A DNA stretch of 64,000 nucleotides, from positions 9,509-73,508 of the forward strand of contig JAMWCD010000001.1 of NCBI GenBank assembly GCA_023818965.1, given 5' to 3'. A model generated the notes under the pieces. The model did no database searches. It was given only the letters and a program-made list of their open reading frames with translations, and had not been told where the DNA came from. Source of the DNA: Candidatus Omnitrophota bacterium (lineage in GTDB: Bacteria > Ratteibacteria > UBA8468 > B48-G9 > DTJG01). Made by a program: the position numbers and the translations under genes. Each line of letters starts with the position of its first letter. Within the stretch, counting starts at the first letter, position 1. Shown here in pieces: positions 37,877 to 47,572 of the stretch.

Positions 37877-40495
37877 ATGAAATTCAAATTGTCATTGGCT
37901 TTAATAGTTCTCTATCAATGTATAAGTTTTGCAACTGTTAGCATTAGCGGTGAAATATTTGATATACAAACTAATTCAGGTGTGAGTGGTGCAACCATAT
38001 CAATAGTTGGCACAAATCTTTCAACACAAACATCATCAGATGGGAGTTTTACAATTTCAAATGTGTCTGTTTTTTCAACAGGATTTCAAATTAAGGCAAG
38101 TAAATCAGGATATGTGAATACCTACAGCCAGCTTGGAAATGTAGGAGCAGTTGATGAAACAGATATTTCTTTCCCTGTTTTTTCTAACACAATGTACAGT
38201 AATCTGCATAGTACTGCTTTTGGTGGTGTCGCTCATACATCAGGAAAAGGTGATATCGTTGGTATGGTTAATAGTGGAAACAAAGTAGGTGTTAGTGGTG
38301 TTGTAATTACTGCAAGATATATTGATAACAATCAGGTGGCAGGAACAATAAGATATGTAAACGAAAGTATGATGCCTGACCCAAGTTTAACAAGCACTTC
38401 ATCATCTGGTGCTTTTATCGTATATAATGTTGACCCTTATAAACCAGTAAAAATCATCGGGACAAAATCTGGAAGTAATTTTTCTTCATGTGTTGTAATA
38501 TGTTATCCTGACAGTGTCACTGTTGGCGGCATTGAAGGAATTAGTTTATTACCGCAACTGACAGGTACTGTTACATGGGATGATAATCCAGTTAGTGGAG
38601 CAACAGTTTCAATCCCAGGGACAACATTTTCAGCAACCACAGGTAATGATGGTTCATTTAGCATAAGTTTCCATCCTACCCCTTATGGAGTCATTAAGGT
38701 TTCAAAGCAGAATTATGTGGATACATATGTCAGTGGCAGGGCTGACGAAGGAAACAATAAAAATGGTAATGTTGGTGAACTATTTATTATTCCTCAGGCG
38801 GTTTACAATGATATGCTTGCTTCACTTGGAAAAAGTCACATACCAGGGAAGGGTGATATTTATGGTTCATTAAAAACAGCAAATGACTTTCCTGTTGCTG
38901 GTGCAAAAATAAATCTTTATGATAAAAATGGGACAAAATTAAATCCTGACATTTTTTATTTTGATGAACAAGGAAATCCTGAAACATCATTAAAGGAAAC
39001 CACTTCAGAGAGCCAGTTTTTAATAATCAATCTTGATCCAGGATATTACTTTATTTCAGCAGAGAAAAATGGTTTTGAATTTGGAAGGAATCTTGCAATT
39101 GTCTTTGCAAATGGTATTGCAGGTGCACCTGATATTATTTCATATCCACCAATGCCCGGGATTGAAAAACAAAAATTTGAAGATATCCCGTCAGCAAATA
39201 TTTCTGCAGGTGCTCAAAATGTTGCAATGCTTTCTTTTATCCTGAATTTGATGAAATGGGAAACAGATGAAAACGTAGTTTTTGATAGTGTGATTGTAAC
39301 AGCAAAAGGAACCGGAAACATTTCAACAGCACTTTCAAGCGCAAAACTCTATGTTGATGCAGACAATAACGGAACTTATGAAACCCTCGTTTCAACAGGA
39401 ACAATATCAGGTAATAAAATAATCTTTTCAAACATCAACAGGGAAATGGACTATGGTGTGAATCAAAAATATCTTGTTGTTTTTAATTTCAATGGAACTG
39501 CATCAGTAGGTCAAACATTTGGGGTAGACATATTGAAAAATTCAGATGTTTCATCCCATGCAAAAAATTCCTTGCTTCCAGTAACCTGTGAAGGAGAGCC
39601 GATTGAAGGTAATTTGATGACAATAGTTCCAGCATACCCACCAGCAAAACCAATGGTATATGCACCACCTTATGGAACAAATCCACTTGCTTATGCGATT
39701 CAATCAAGTCCATTTGATCCTGGCCAGGGGAATACAACCCATAAAGCATCACAGTGGAGAATATGGAAGGAAGGAGAAAGTTATGAAACATTAACCTGGG
39801 ATAGTGGAGAGGATACTGTGCATCTTACTTACATATATACACCTGTTCCTCTTGAAGGTTATACGATATATTATTGCCAGGTAAGGTATGAAAATGGCGA
39901 TAATGTATGGAGCGAGTGGTCAAATGCAGCGTCCTTTAGGACAGGAGCAGATGGAATAACACCACCACAGGCGCCAACAAATCAATCACCTTCTAATGGA
40001 GCGACTGATGTTAAAATTCCTGTTACACTACAAGCAAGTTCTTTTGTGCCAGGCAGTTCAAATACTCATATTGCTTCTCAATGGAGAATTTATAAATTAT
40101 TTGATTCAAAACAGTATGAAATTGTTTTTGACACTAAAAGAGATACAACCAATCTTACATCAATCACAGTGTCTTCACTGCTGCCTTCAACACAATACTA
40201 CTGGACTGTAAGATATCAGGATGGAAATGGTGCCTGGAGCAATTGGAGTGAACCTACAACTTTCACAACCTTACAGGGTATTAAAGGTAATTTGAATGGA
40301 GACAGTGAAATTGATATTTCTGATGTGATTCTGTGTCTCAGGATGGCAATAGGACTACCTGTGACAATTTCAGCCCAGACATATAATTCACCATATCCTG
40401 ATTGGCTTATTTACCTTGCTGATATGAATAATGACGGTGTTGTAGATATTTCAGATGTAATTTTGATTCTGAGAAGAGCCATTGGTCTGGACTGA
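37877..40495 (+). CDS. Secreted modular protein: duplicated carboxypeptidase-regulatory-like modules, FN3-like pair, C-terminal dockerin
   Basis: Signal peptide; repeated VSGAT(I/V)SI.GT and GKGDI.G; two SQWRI..YY..VRY..WS.WS modules; paired EF-hand loops GNLNGDSEIDISD and ADMNNDGVVDISD. Confidence 0.75.
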   Translation: MKFKLSLALIVLYQCISFATVSISGEIFDIQTNSGVSGATISIVGTNLSTQTSSDGSFTISNVSVFSTGFQIKASKSGYVNTYSQLGNVGAVDETDISFPVFSNTMYSNLHSTAFGGVAHTSGKGDIVGMVNSGNKVGVSGVVITARYIDNNQVAGTIRYVNESMMPDPSLTSTSSSGAFIVYNVDPYKPVKIIGTKSGSNFSSCVVICYPDSVTVGGIEGISLLPQLTGTVTWDDNPVSGATVSIPGTTFSATTGNDGSFSISFHPTPYGVIKVSKQNYVDTYVSGRADEGNNKNGNVGELFIIPQAVYNDMLASLGKSHIPGKGDIYGSLKTANDFPVAGAKINLYDKNGTKLNPDIFYFDEQGNPETSLKETTSESQFLIINLDPGYYFISAEKNGFEFGRNLAIVFANGIAGAPDIISYPPMPGIEKQKFEDIPSANISAGAQNVAMLSFILNLMKWETDENVVFDSVIVTAKGTGNISTALSSAKLYVDADNNGTYETLVSTGTISGNKIIFSNINREMDYGVNQKYLVVFNFNGTASVGQTFGVDILKNSDVSSHAKNSLLPVTCEGEPIEGNLMTIVPAYPPAKPMVYAPPYGTNPLAYAIQSSPFDPGQGNTTHKASQWRIWKEGESYETLTWDSGEDTVHLTYIYTPVPLEGYTIYYCQVRYENGDNVWSEWSNAASFRTGADGITPPQAPTNQSPSNGATDVKIPVTLQASSFVPGSSNTHIASQWRIYKLFDSKQYEIVFDTKRDTTNLTSITVSSLLPSTQYYWTVRYQDGNGAWSNWSEPTTFTTLQGIKGNLNGDSEIDISDVILCLRMAIGLPVTISAQTYNSPYPDWLIYLADMNNDGVVDISDVILILRRAIGLD

Positions 40496-40510
40496 AAATT
40501 CGTCTTAAGC

Positions 40511-40844
40511 ATATTCTACTTTCTTTTTCAACCTCCCCTTTTTGTAAATCCCCTTTCCATTCCCCCCTTTGGCAAAGGGGGACTAAGGGGGATTTCATCT
40601 TCTAAATCCACCCCAACCCTCCTTTAAAAAAGGAGGGGGATTGAGGGGGATTAAATCTCCCCCAGCCCCCTCTTTGGAAAAGAGGGGGAACTTGAGCAGG
40701 AAAAATCCACCCCAACCAATAAAGGAGGGGGGAGAATATAACTTCCCCCTTTTTCAAAGTGGGATTGAGGGGGATTTGAGATGCGAGATGGATTTTTATC
40801 TTGAGAAAAATCCGACCCAACCCTCCTTTTGAAAAAAGAGGGAG
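40511..40844. repeat. C5/G5 hairpin repeat cluster 3 (largest)
   Basis: At least five hairpin units in alternating orientation; 40604-40637 is identical over 34 bp to 17822-17855. Confidence 0.88.
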
Positions 40845-40936
40845 ATAGTACCATTCTGCTAAGATGGAAAAGAAGATATCCACTTCTATATGGACGGGAT
40901 CAAAAAATTTTGCAAGAAGTAAAAAGATGACTGTTT

Positions 40937-41605
40937 TTACAATTTTTTATAACACAGCCACCAGTCAAAGCATTTAAATTCGCCTGCTTTTGCCTTTTCC
41001 AATCTTTCCCTGGCTGTTTTTACATCCTTTGCAGGTGGTATTATGACACTATCTCCAATAATTTCATTGTTTGGCCAGTTTGCAGGCATAGCAACATTAT
41101 TTTTGTCTGATATTTGCATTGCCTGTACCACCCTTAAAATTTCATCCATATTTCTTCCTAATTCCTGCGGGTAATAAAGTATAATTCTAATTTTTCCTGC
41201 ACTATCAACAACAAATACTGCTCTGACTGTATTTGTGCCTTTTCCTGGATGAATGAGTCCAAGCTTTTCAGCAACTGTTCCTGTATCAGCAATAATAGGA
41301 AATTCAATTTCAATGTTCAGATTGTTCTTTATCCATTCTTCCCATTTAATATGAGAGAAAACCTGGTCAACACTCAGTCCAATAAGTTCACAATTTAAAG
41401 ATCTGAATTTATCATATCTTTTCTGGAATGCGACAAATTCAGTTGTACAGACAGGAGTGAAATCAGCAGGATGGCTGAATAACACAAACCATTTTCCTGC
41501 GAATGCTTTTGGCAGTGTAATTACTCCATGAGTTGTTTGAACAGTCATTTCAGGAAAATCATCCCCGAGTAGTGGTATTCCCTTTCTTTCATTAATATTT
41601 TCCAT
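40937..41605 (-). CDS. Peroxiredoxin (Prx6 subfamily with C-terminal CxDWWxC)
   Basis: [14 protein letters not shown] active site; C-terminal CFDWWLC. Confidence 0.93.
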   Translation of the reverse strand: MENINERKGIPLLGDDFPEMTVQTTHGVITLPKAFAGKWFVLFSHPADFTPVCTTEFVAFQKRYDKFRSLNCELIGLSVDQVFSHIKWEEWIKNNLNIEIEFPIIADTGTVAEKLGLIHPGKGTNTVRAVFVVDSAGKIRIILYYPQELGRNMDEILRVVQAMQISDKNNVAMPANWPNNEIIGDSVIIPPAKDVKTARERLEKAKAGEFKCFDWWLCYKKL

Positions 41606-41632
41606 GTTCGCTCCTTTATTATTTTTATTATC

Positions 41633-41706
41633 TGGCTGGGGGACTAGGATTTGAACCTAGACACTCAGATCCAGAGTCTGATGTCCTACCGTTAGACGAT
41701 CCCCCA
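41633..41706 (-). tRNA. tRNA-Gln (CTG)
   Basis: Reverse complement TGGGGGATCGTCTAACGGTAGGACA-TCAGA-CTCTGGA-TCTGA-GTGT-CTAGGTTCAAATCCTAG-TCCCCCAGCCA folds as a cloverleaf with encoded CCA. Confidence 0.96.
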
Positions 41707-41711
41707 TTTTT

Positions 41712-41918
41712 TTATCTATTGCGGAGTTTGACCTTGAAATCATTTCTTCCTGACTTTACAACTTCAACATGTCCTTCTCTTGCAAGCCAGCCGAGGCTCA
41801 TAAGTGCAAGGTCTCTTGGCTTATCAATGGCTTTCACAATTTCTCTGAATGATGACTCTCCGTGTTTGTCAAGATAATTCCATATATCGCCTGCTGCAAA
41901 ACCAATTTCTGTTATCAC
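41712..41918 (-). CDS. Small winged helix-turn-helix protein (DUF2582-like)
   Basis: IGFAAGDIWNYL...MSLGWLAREG pattern; GTG start with GGAGG RBS. Confidence 0.8.
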   Translation of the reverse strand: MITEIGFAAGDIWNYLDKHGESSFREIVKAIDKPRDLALMSLGWLAREGHVEVVKSGRNDFKVKLRNR

Positions 41919-42193
41919 CCTGCCTCCTTGCTGTTGGGTAAGTTTTCCCTTGTTATATTATACCCTTTTTCGCCTCTTTTGGAAAGACACCCGCATACAG
42001 GGCACTTTGAAATCTCATTGCCTGAACTATCAATGTAGATATGAAAACACAATGGGCATTCCCAGAGAAATTCATCTTTTTTGAATGGAAAACCTGTTTT
42101 TTTCCTTGCCTCTGTAACCATCCAGAAAAATAGTATCAGAAGGCTTAAAAATAAATACCCTGTGATCGCAAGGGTCAGTTCTATTTTTATCAT
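41915..42193 (-). CDS. Membrane-anchored zinc-ribbon protein
   Basis: N-terminal TM helix, then CPLC and CPVC pairs; translationally coupled on both sides. Confidence 0.7.
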   Translation of the reverse strand: MIKIELTLAITGYLFLSLLILFFWMVTEARKKTGFPFKKDEFLWECPLCFHIYIDSSGNEISKCPVCGCLSKRGEKGYNITRENLPNSKEAG

Positions 42194-42903
42194 TGTAATC
42201 GAAATTTAAAGGTTACTATTGCCCAGACATTAATATCCTTTTCTATTTCGGCAAACCGCCATTTTTTTAATGATTCCTCAGCGACAGCATCAAGTTTCCT
42301 GTATCCGCTTGTTTCAATAACTTCTGTTGATTGCACAAGTCCGTTTTTATTTACCCATATTTTTATTTTTACATTTGCTTCAATTCCTTGCTGTTCAGCC
42401 CATGATGGATATTGTGGAATTACCTTTGTGATGATTGGTCTGTTTCCACCAGGACCAGTGATTTCAAAATTTTCTCCAGATATTTTCCCCTCGGGTTGCT
42501 CAGTTGAAAGAGGTGGTTGTAGATTTTCTTTTTTTTCAGGACCTGTTAGAGAAATCCTGTGTAAAGGGAGTTGCCAGTTAAATTGCTCCTGTGTTTCCAT
42601 GAAAAGTACAGGTGTTTTTGGTATCCCAATTGAGGTGTTTTCTTCCCTTATTCCTGTTTCCCTTATAGGAATTTGAATTTTCTGTTTTGTCGCTGGTTTT
42701 ATTACTGGTAATTGAGGGTTGATTCTTGTTTCTGGTACATTAACTGCTTTTGATTGTGGCTCCTGGTAAAGGTAAACAAACTGGTATTTTGGTTTTTTGG
42801 TTTTTTGTGGGAGTACGAAACTGAACATTGGCATTATTATTAAATGTGCCAGAAGACACAGAGCAAATATTTTTAAAAGATTTTTATTGTCGGATTCCAT
42901 CAT
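42190..42903 (-). CDS. tonB: TonB-family energy transducer
   Basis: TM helix with His (CLLAH), Pro-rich linker, C-terminal PQYP..A...GIE...SGY..LD..WRF domain. Confidence 0.88.
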   Translation of the reverse strand: MMESDNKNLLKIFALCLLAHLIIMPMFSFVLPQKTKKPKYQFVYLYQEPQSKAVNVPETRINPQLPVIKPATKQKIQIPIRETGIREENTSIGIPKTPVLFMETQEQFNWQLPLHRISLTGPEKKENLQPPLSTEQPEGKISGENFEITGPGGNRPIITKVIPQYPSWAEQQGIEANVKIKIWVNKNGLVQSTEVIETSGYRKLDAVAEESLKKWRFAEIEKDINVWAIVTFKFRLQ

Positions 42904-43313
42904 TGTTGTTCTGATTGCGGCATTGTTGCAATAGCAATTTTTGATAGCCCAGCAGTCCTGGCAATATCCATTATTTTAACAATCTTACCATAAGGAACCC
43001 TGACGTCTCCCTTAATAACGACGGTAATACCAGGAGAATTTTTACCAAAATTTCTTAATGAATATTCAAGTTGTTCAACAGAAACCTGTTGTTCTCCAAG
43101 AAATATAATACCTTCTGCTGAAACACTTATGAAAATTTCCTTTGCTTCAATTCTATCTGTTGAAACAGCAGAAGGAAGATTGATTTTTATTCCTGGTTGC
43201 ATAATAAAACTTGAAGTTAGCATAAAGTAAATCAACTGTTGCAAAACCACATCAATCAGTGGCGCCATATTAATCTGCCCTTTAAAAATTTCATATCGTT
43301 TGGTAAATTTCAT
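42900..43313 (-). CDS. exbD: Biopolymer transporter ExbD/TolR
   Basis: INMAPLIDVV, INLPSA, IKGD..VPYG.IV.IMD. Confidence 0.9.
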   Translation of the reverse strand: MKFTKRYEIFKGQINMAPLIDVVLQQLIYFMLTSSFIMQPGIKINLPSAVSTDRIEAKEIFISVSAEGIIFLGEQQVSVEQLEYSLRNFGKNSPGITVVIKGDVRVPYGKIVKIMDIARTAGLSKIAIATMPQSEQQ

Positions 43314-43945
43314 TTTATCTGTTCTTCTTCAGTTATTAAAAAAGTTAGAATGTCCATCATTCTGGATGCTGCCCGTTCCATATCATTAATTAAACTGTTC
43401 ACACGTGATACAAGATAATTATAACCCAGATACGCAGGAATGCTTACAACAAGTCCACCAACTGTAGTAATCAGTGCTTCCCATATTCCACGAGCAAGGT
43501 CTCCAGGATTAACAAGTCCACCTTTTGCTTCAATAACCATAAATGCTTTGATCAAACCAGTAACAGTGCCAAGCAGTCCAAGTAGTGGTGCAATTGTTGC
43601 AATTGTTGCAAGTACTCCAAGATATTTTTCAAGGTATGGTATGATTTGATTTGCTTCATCCTGAATATTTTCCTTGATTACTTCAGGTGGTCTATCAGAT
43701 TTTATCAGCGCTTTATAAACAAGTCGTGCAACTGGGCCTGGAGTTGACTCGCATAATTCAATGGCTTCTCTTATCTTTCTTTTTTTTAATTTTTGTTCAA
43801 TTTCTCCGATAAATTTTTCAGCGTCAATTTCAGATTTTCGCAGTGCAATAAGTCGTTCAATGATCACTGCCAGGGTAAGTGCGCCGCAGATGGTAATGGG
43901 AATCATTAAATAACCACCGCGAATTGTAAACTCCCAGAGATTCAT
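43310..43945 (-). CDS. exbB: MotA/TolQ/ExbB proton channel
   Basis: APLLGLLGTV.GLI.AF and GIWEALITT.GGL..IP. Confidence 0.92.
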   Translation of the reverse strand: MNLWEFTIRGGYLMIPITICGALTLAVIIERLIALRKSEIDAEKFIGEIEQKLKKRKIREAIELCESTPGPVARLVYKALIKSDRPPEVIKENIQDEANQIIPYLEKYLGVLATIATIAPLLGLLGTVTGLIKAFMVIEAKGGLVNPGDLARGIWEALITTVGGLVVSIPAYLGYNYLVSRVNSLINDMERAASRMMDILTFLITEEEQIK

Positions 43946-43971
43946 TTTTCCTCCTGACTGGTATTATAAAT

Positions 43972-45408
43972 TTACCATTTTGTTTGAAATCCTGCAATAA
44001 ATTCAAAAGGTCTTCCTTTAAATAATGGAGCTTCCTGGTAACTGGTGCCAAAGATATTGTTAAATTTGAAAAACATCTTTACATCCTTTGATATGTCGTA
44101 TGAAATCAAGGATGAAAATATTGTGTAACTACCAATTTTTTTTGTTCCAAAAATTTGTTTTCCTGTATATTTTAATTCAAATTCTGGTTTGAATTTTCCA
44201 GCATTAAAACCTGCCCTGATATAACCAGTATCATCAGGAAAACCTGATTTTGTTTTATCACGGTTGAAAGATGTATAATCTCCTTCAATATAGAATGCCT
44301 CTAATTTCTTTGTAATATTTATGTTGAGCATTGTGAATGCATTGTCTTTCAATACAACAGGTTGATAAATATTATCATTGTCGGGATCCTGCCACTGGTA
44401 TGCCACGCTTTCATATCCTGCGAGTGCTTTAATTTTAAATTGTATGCCAACTGTTTTCCATGAAACTTCTGAAAAGATCGAATAATTTTCTTCTGGTTGT
44501 AAAAAAACATTTTTCATCTCAAGATATGGCGATTCTGCAATATCCTTTGAGAATTCAAAAAATGAAAAATTGCTTGAAGCACCAAACAAAAATTTTGTGT
44601 CTTGTTTTTCAATTAAAAAATATGCAGACGGCAAAATTTTTGTCTGCTGCCCGATTGTTTTCAGGGCAAGGTCTGTTTGAAAATGTTCCTTTCTATAAGT
44701 TCCTGATAGTTCAAGAATTCTGTTTCCCTTTCCTGCAAAACTGTTATAGCCAATTTCTCCACCAACAACAAAATCTCCACAGAATTTTTTTACTTTTACA
44801 TACTCATTTAATTCCTCAAGTTTTGAAAGTGTGTTTTTTTCAATAACTGTATTCACTTCAAACATATCATTTTTGAAAAACAAATCTGTACCTGCCATTA
44901 CTGTATGTTTTTTTCTTCTGGCAGATGATAAGTCAATTTGTGGTATTTCTTTCAGGCAGTTGTAATAATCAAAATTGAGAATAAGGTTTTCTGTGATGGG
45001 TTTTTTTATGTTTGTTTGAAAGATTACTGTTCTATCATGACTTCTGAAAGAATTGTCATTGACTGCAGAAAAATAACCATCCCATTGGAAAGATTTTAAT
45101 GAAAAAACAGAACCAGTGTATCCAAATTTACCTGCAAAAAAAGAAAATTCGTAAAAAATTTTTTTCTCCTGCTGGGATTGCTCAATGTTTTTTTGTTGTT
45201 GTGGTATTGTTTTAAATTTTATATACTGCTCAGGAACTTTTTTTGTTTCAGGAAATTTTATGTAAATTTCGTGAGAGTAGGGTAGAATCGGTGTTTTATA
45301 AGTACTTTTGTCTTCTCCAGTGATAATTGCTTCAGGAATATTTATATCCTGTGCGAAAATGATTCTGGAAGACATAAGAAGGAAAATTGTTATACACAGT
45401 TGTTTCAT
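43972..45408 (-). CDS. Putative outer-membrane beta-barrel (TonB-receptor-like C-terminus)
   Basis: Signal peptide from MKQLC; amphipathic strands; NNIFG..Y...GRPF...GFQTKW terminal beta-signal. Confidence 0.6.
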   Translation of the reverse strand: MKQLCITIFLLMSSRIIFAQDINIPEAIITGEDKSTYKTPILPYSHEIYIKFPETKKVPEQYIKFKTIPQQQKNIEQSQQEKKIFYEFSFFAGKFGYTGSVFSLKSFQWDGYFSAVNDNSFRSHDRTVIFQTNIKKPITENLILNFDYYNCLKEIPQIDLSSARRKKHTVMAGTDLFFKNDMFEVNTVIEKNTLSKLEELNEYVKVKKFCGDFVVGGEIGYNSFAGKGNRILELSGTYRKEHFQTDLALKTIGQQTKILPSAYFLIEKQDTKFLFGASSNFSFFEFSKDIAESPYLEMKNVFLQPEENYSIFSEVSWKTVGIQFKIKALAGYESVAYQWQDPDNDNIYQPVVLKDNAFTMLNINITKKLEAFYIEGDYTSFNRDKTKSGFPDDTGYIRAGFNAGKFKPEFELKYTGKQIFGTKKIGSYTIFSSLISYDISKDVKMFFKFNNIFGTSYQEAPLFKGRPFEFIAGFQTKW

Positions 45409-47051
45409 CTTCCTGTTTTGTATTTTGCCATCATTGCCTGCGCTTTTTGTGCCCATACTGTTTTTGGAAATAAGGTCAAAAGTTTCACATAGTATATTTG
45501 CGCTTCTTTGATCATGGATTTTTTCAGATTAATGTCAATAAGCAGAAAAAGGGCTTCAGGAGCAAAAGGACTTTTTTTATCAATTTCTTTTAGCATCTTT
45601 TCACTGTCCTGGTAATTTCCATTGAGATAAAGGATTTTGGCATTGAGAAACATTAATTCAGGGTTTTTCTTTGTTTCAAATTTTTTCAAATACCCCATAG
45701 CTTCTTCAGTTTTTCCTGTGTCTATGATTTCATTAATGAACATAATTCCTTCTGTGAGAATGAAATTATCTTCAGGATATTTTTTTAACATTGTGTCAAA
45801 AATATTTTTCATCATCTCTCTGTTTTCTTTTTCTCTGTAAAAATTGTACATAATTTTAAGGGTTTCAATTGAGAAAGGATAATCAGGATTTTCTTTAAAC
45901 AATTGTTCCCAGGTATTCACTGCACTGTCAATCTGATCATTGTTGTAAAATGCAGTCCCGAGAATATTCATAATATCCTGGTCATGTTTTTGTTTAAGGT
46001 ATTCAGAAAAGATTTCTATGGTTTTTTTATAATTTTTCTGGTTGAAATAAATGTATCCCAGTTGCAATTTTGTCCTCAAAAGAATTTCTTCATTTTTCGT
46101 TGTTTCAAGTAATTTATTATACCAGGTAATGGCTTCATCTTTTTTATCCTCAAGTTCTGCGATTTTACCAAGTTCCCAAAGCGAGCGAAGTAAAATATCA
46201 CTGTTTGTGGTTTTTAGAAGTCCTGAAAGAATTTTTCTCGCTTCCTTATACTTCATGTTTCTTTTGTAAATTAAGGAAGTTTGAAATTTTGCCCATTCTG
46301 CCTGCTCTGATCTGGGAAATCTTGCAATTATTTCATCATAATATTTTTGGCTCTCAGCGTATTTTTTCAAATTGAAGAGGCAATCTCCAAGTTTTAAAAG
46401 TATTTCGGGTTCAAGTTTATGATTTTTAAAAAAGGCAATAGCAGAAGTGAATTTTTTTTCGGCTAATTCAAAATTATTTTTTTGATAAAGAACAAGTCCC
46501 TGATAATATAAGATTTCTCTTACAATATCGGTTTCATTGAAAACCTGTTCCATATGGTTCAATGTATTTTCTGCTTTCCCATAATCTCCTGACTGTAAGA
46601 GTTTTCCCATTTCGTTCAAAAGCATATATCCGAGATTTTTTTCTATTTCAGGATCCCTGCCACCTGCAGCAATCTCATTTCTATAATTTTCCCACGCTTC
46701 AAATGGCATGTTCAGGAACATCTGAATGATTATTATGTATTTTCTAACTTCTTTGTTGTATGTAGAATTCGGGAACTTTTTTAATAGTTGTTCAAATTTT
46801 GTCAGTGATTCCTGATATTTTTTGAGTTTCAGGAGATTGATTCCATAAAGAAACAACGCATAGTCGTTTTTTTCTGCTTCTGGCTGGGTAAAATATTTAT
46901 TAAGGAATTCAATGGACAGTTCGTAAAGACCCTCATTGAATGCGACAGCAGCGCAAGAAAAAGCATCATCCTCATCAACAATTCTTTGAGGTAAAGCGAG
47001 GTTTGATAACAACAAGCATGCTGTTATCAGAATCCCGATTTTTTTTCTCAC
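45405..47051 (-). CDS. Exported tetratricopeptide repeat protein
   Basis: Signal peptide after probable GTG 47051; many TPR-like helical repeats ending ..FP.S/T..A. Confidence 0.85.
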   Translation of the reverse strand: MRKKIGILITACLLLSNLALPQRIVDEDDAFSCAAVAFNEGLYELSIEFLNKYFTQPEAEKNDYALFLYGINLLKLKKYQESLTKFEQLLKKFPNSTYNKEVRKYIIIIQMFLNMPFEAWENYRNEIAAGGRDPEIEKNLGYMLLNEMGKLLQSGDYGKAENTLNHMEQVFNETDIVREILYYQGLVLYQKNNFELAEKKFTSAIAFFKNHKLEPEILLKLGDCLFNLKKYAESQKYYDEIIARFPRSEQAEWAKFQTSLIYKRNMKYKEARKILSGLLKTTNSDILLRSLWELGKIAELEDKKDEAITWYNKLLETTKNEEILLRTKLQLGYIYFNQKNYKKTIEIFSEYLKQKHDQDIMNILGTAFYNNDQIDSAVNTWEQLFKENPDYPFSIETLKIMYNFYREKENREMMKNIFDTMLKKYPEDNFILTEGIMFINEIIDTGKTEEAMGYLKKFETKKNPELMFLNAKILYLNGNYQDSEKMLKEIDKKSPFAPEALFLLIDINLKKSMIKEAQIYYVKLLTLFPKTVWAQKAQAMMAKYKTGR

Positions 47052-47064
47052 TGATTTAAGGGAA

Positions 47065-47087
47065 AGGGGGGTGCAGTGCACCCCCCT
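47065..47087. terminator. GC-rich palindrome downstream of csp (probable terminator or RNA stabiliser)
   Basis: AGGGGGGTGCA-G-TGCACCCCCCT, 14 nt past the csp stop; short U tract on - strand. Confidence 0.5.
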
Positions 47088-47101
47088 GGGTGATGTTTGG
47101 C

Positions 47102-47308
47102 TTACAGTTTTACCACGTTTGTGGCCTGGAGCCCTTTCTTACCCTGAACTACTTCAAATTCAACGGTGGCGCCTTCTTCAAGCGTCTTATATCCATTTCC
47201 CACAATTGCTGTGTAATGGACAAAGACATCCTCACCGTTTTCTCGTTCAACAAAGCCATATCCTTTGGCATTGTTGAACCACTTCACCTTCCCCTTCTCC
47301 TTCGCCAT
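47102..47308 (-). CDS. cspA: Cold-shock protein
   Basis: [14 protein letters not shown] (RNP1), DVFVHY (RNP2). RBS AAGGAGG. Confidence 0.96.
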   Translation of the reverse strand: MAKEKGKVKWFNNAKGYGFVERENGEDVFVHYTAIVGNGYKTLEEGATVEFEVVQGKKGLQATNVVKL

Positions 47309-47408
47309 GCTATCCTCCTTTTATCTCCGCAAAATCTTTAGCCGTTGTTTCGGCTGTACGGAGATTAATTTTTCTGTTGAAAGAAATTTCGTAAACACAG
47401 ATTTATTC

Positions 47409-47519
47409 CTATTTGGTTGAACTTGAGGACTTACCTTGCGGATGAAGATCTAAACTCAATGTACAACCGGCTAATCCAATCAAAGAAAGCATTATAATAA
47501 CCAAAAAAAACTTTTTCAT
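47409..47519 (-). CDS. 36-aa small lipoprotein, absent from ORF track
   Basis: MKKFFLVIIMLSLIGLAG-CTLSLDLHPQGKSSSSTK; LAGC lipobox; GGAGG RBS. Confidence 0.7.
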   Translation of the reverse strand: MKKFFLVIIMLSLIGLAGCTLSLDLHPQGKSSSSTK

Positions 47520-47536
47520 TAATCCTCCAACATCAT

Positions 47537-47564
47537 ATTCTAACACATATTTTTTTTGTGTCAA
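47537..47564 (-). promoter_or_regulatory. Sigma70 promoter for small lipoprotein/csp
   Basis: TTGACA, 16-nt spacer, TAGAAT with TGn extension on the - strand. Confidence 0.55.
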
Positions 47565-47572
47565 GTGGTGTT

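Noticed and set aside
40511-40844. Hairpin repeat clusters as a CRISPR array or integron attC cassettes
   Set aside because: Units are degenerate, in mixed orientation and irregularly spaced, with no constant-length unique spacers, no GTTRRRY core sites noticed, and no cas or integrase gene in the window.
40602-40883. Short ORFs over the repeats (also 17686..17964, 17772..18005, 23400..23821, 40407..40598, 57417..57599)
   Set aside because: Pro/Gly/Lys-rich translations (PPF.KGG) are artefacts of stop-poor C/G-run repeats; no RBS or domain signal.
41633-41706. tRNA-Gln as an integration site for an island or prophage
   Set aside because: No integrase, and I saw no duplicated tRNA 3' end in the window; the gene next to its 3' end is an ordinary peroxiredoxin.
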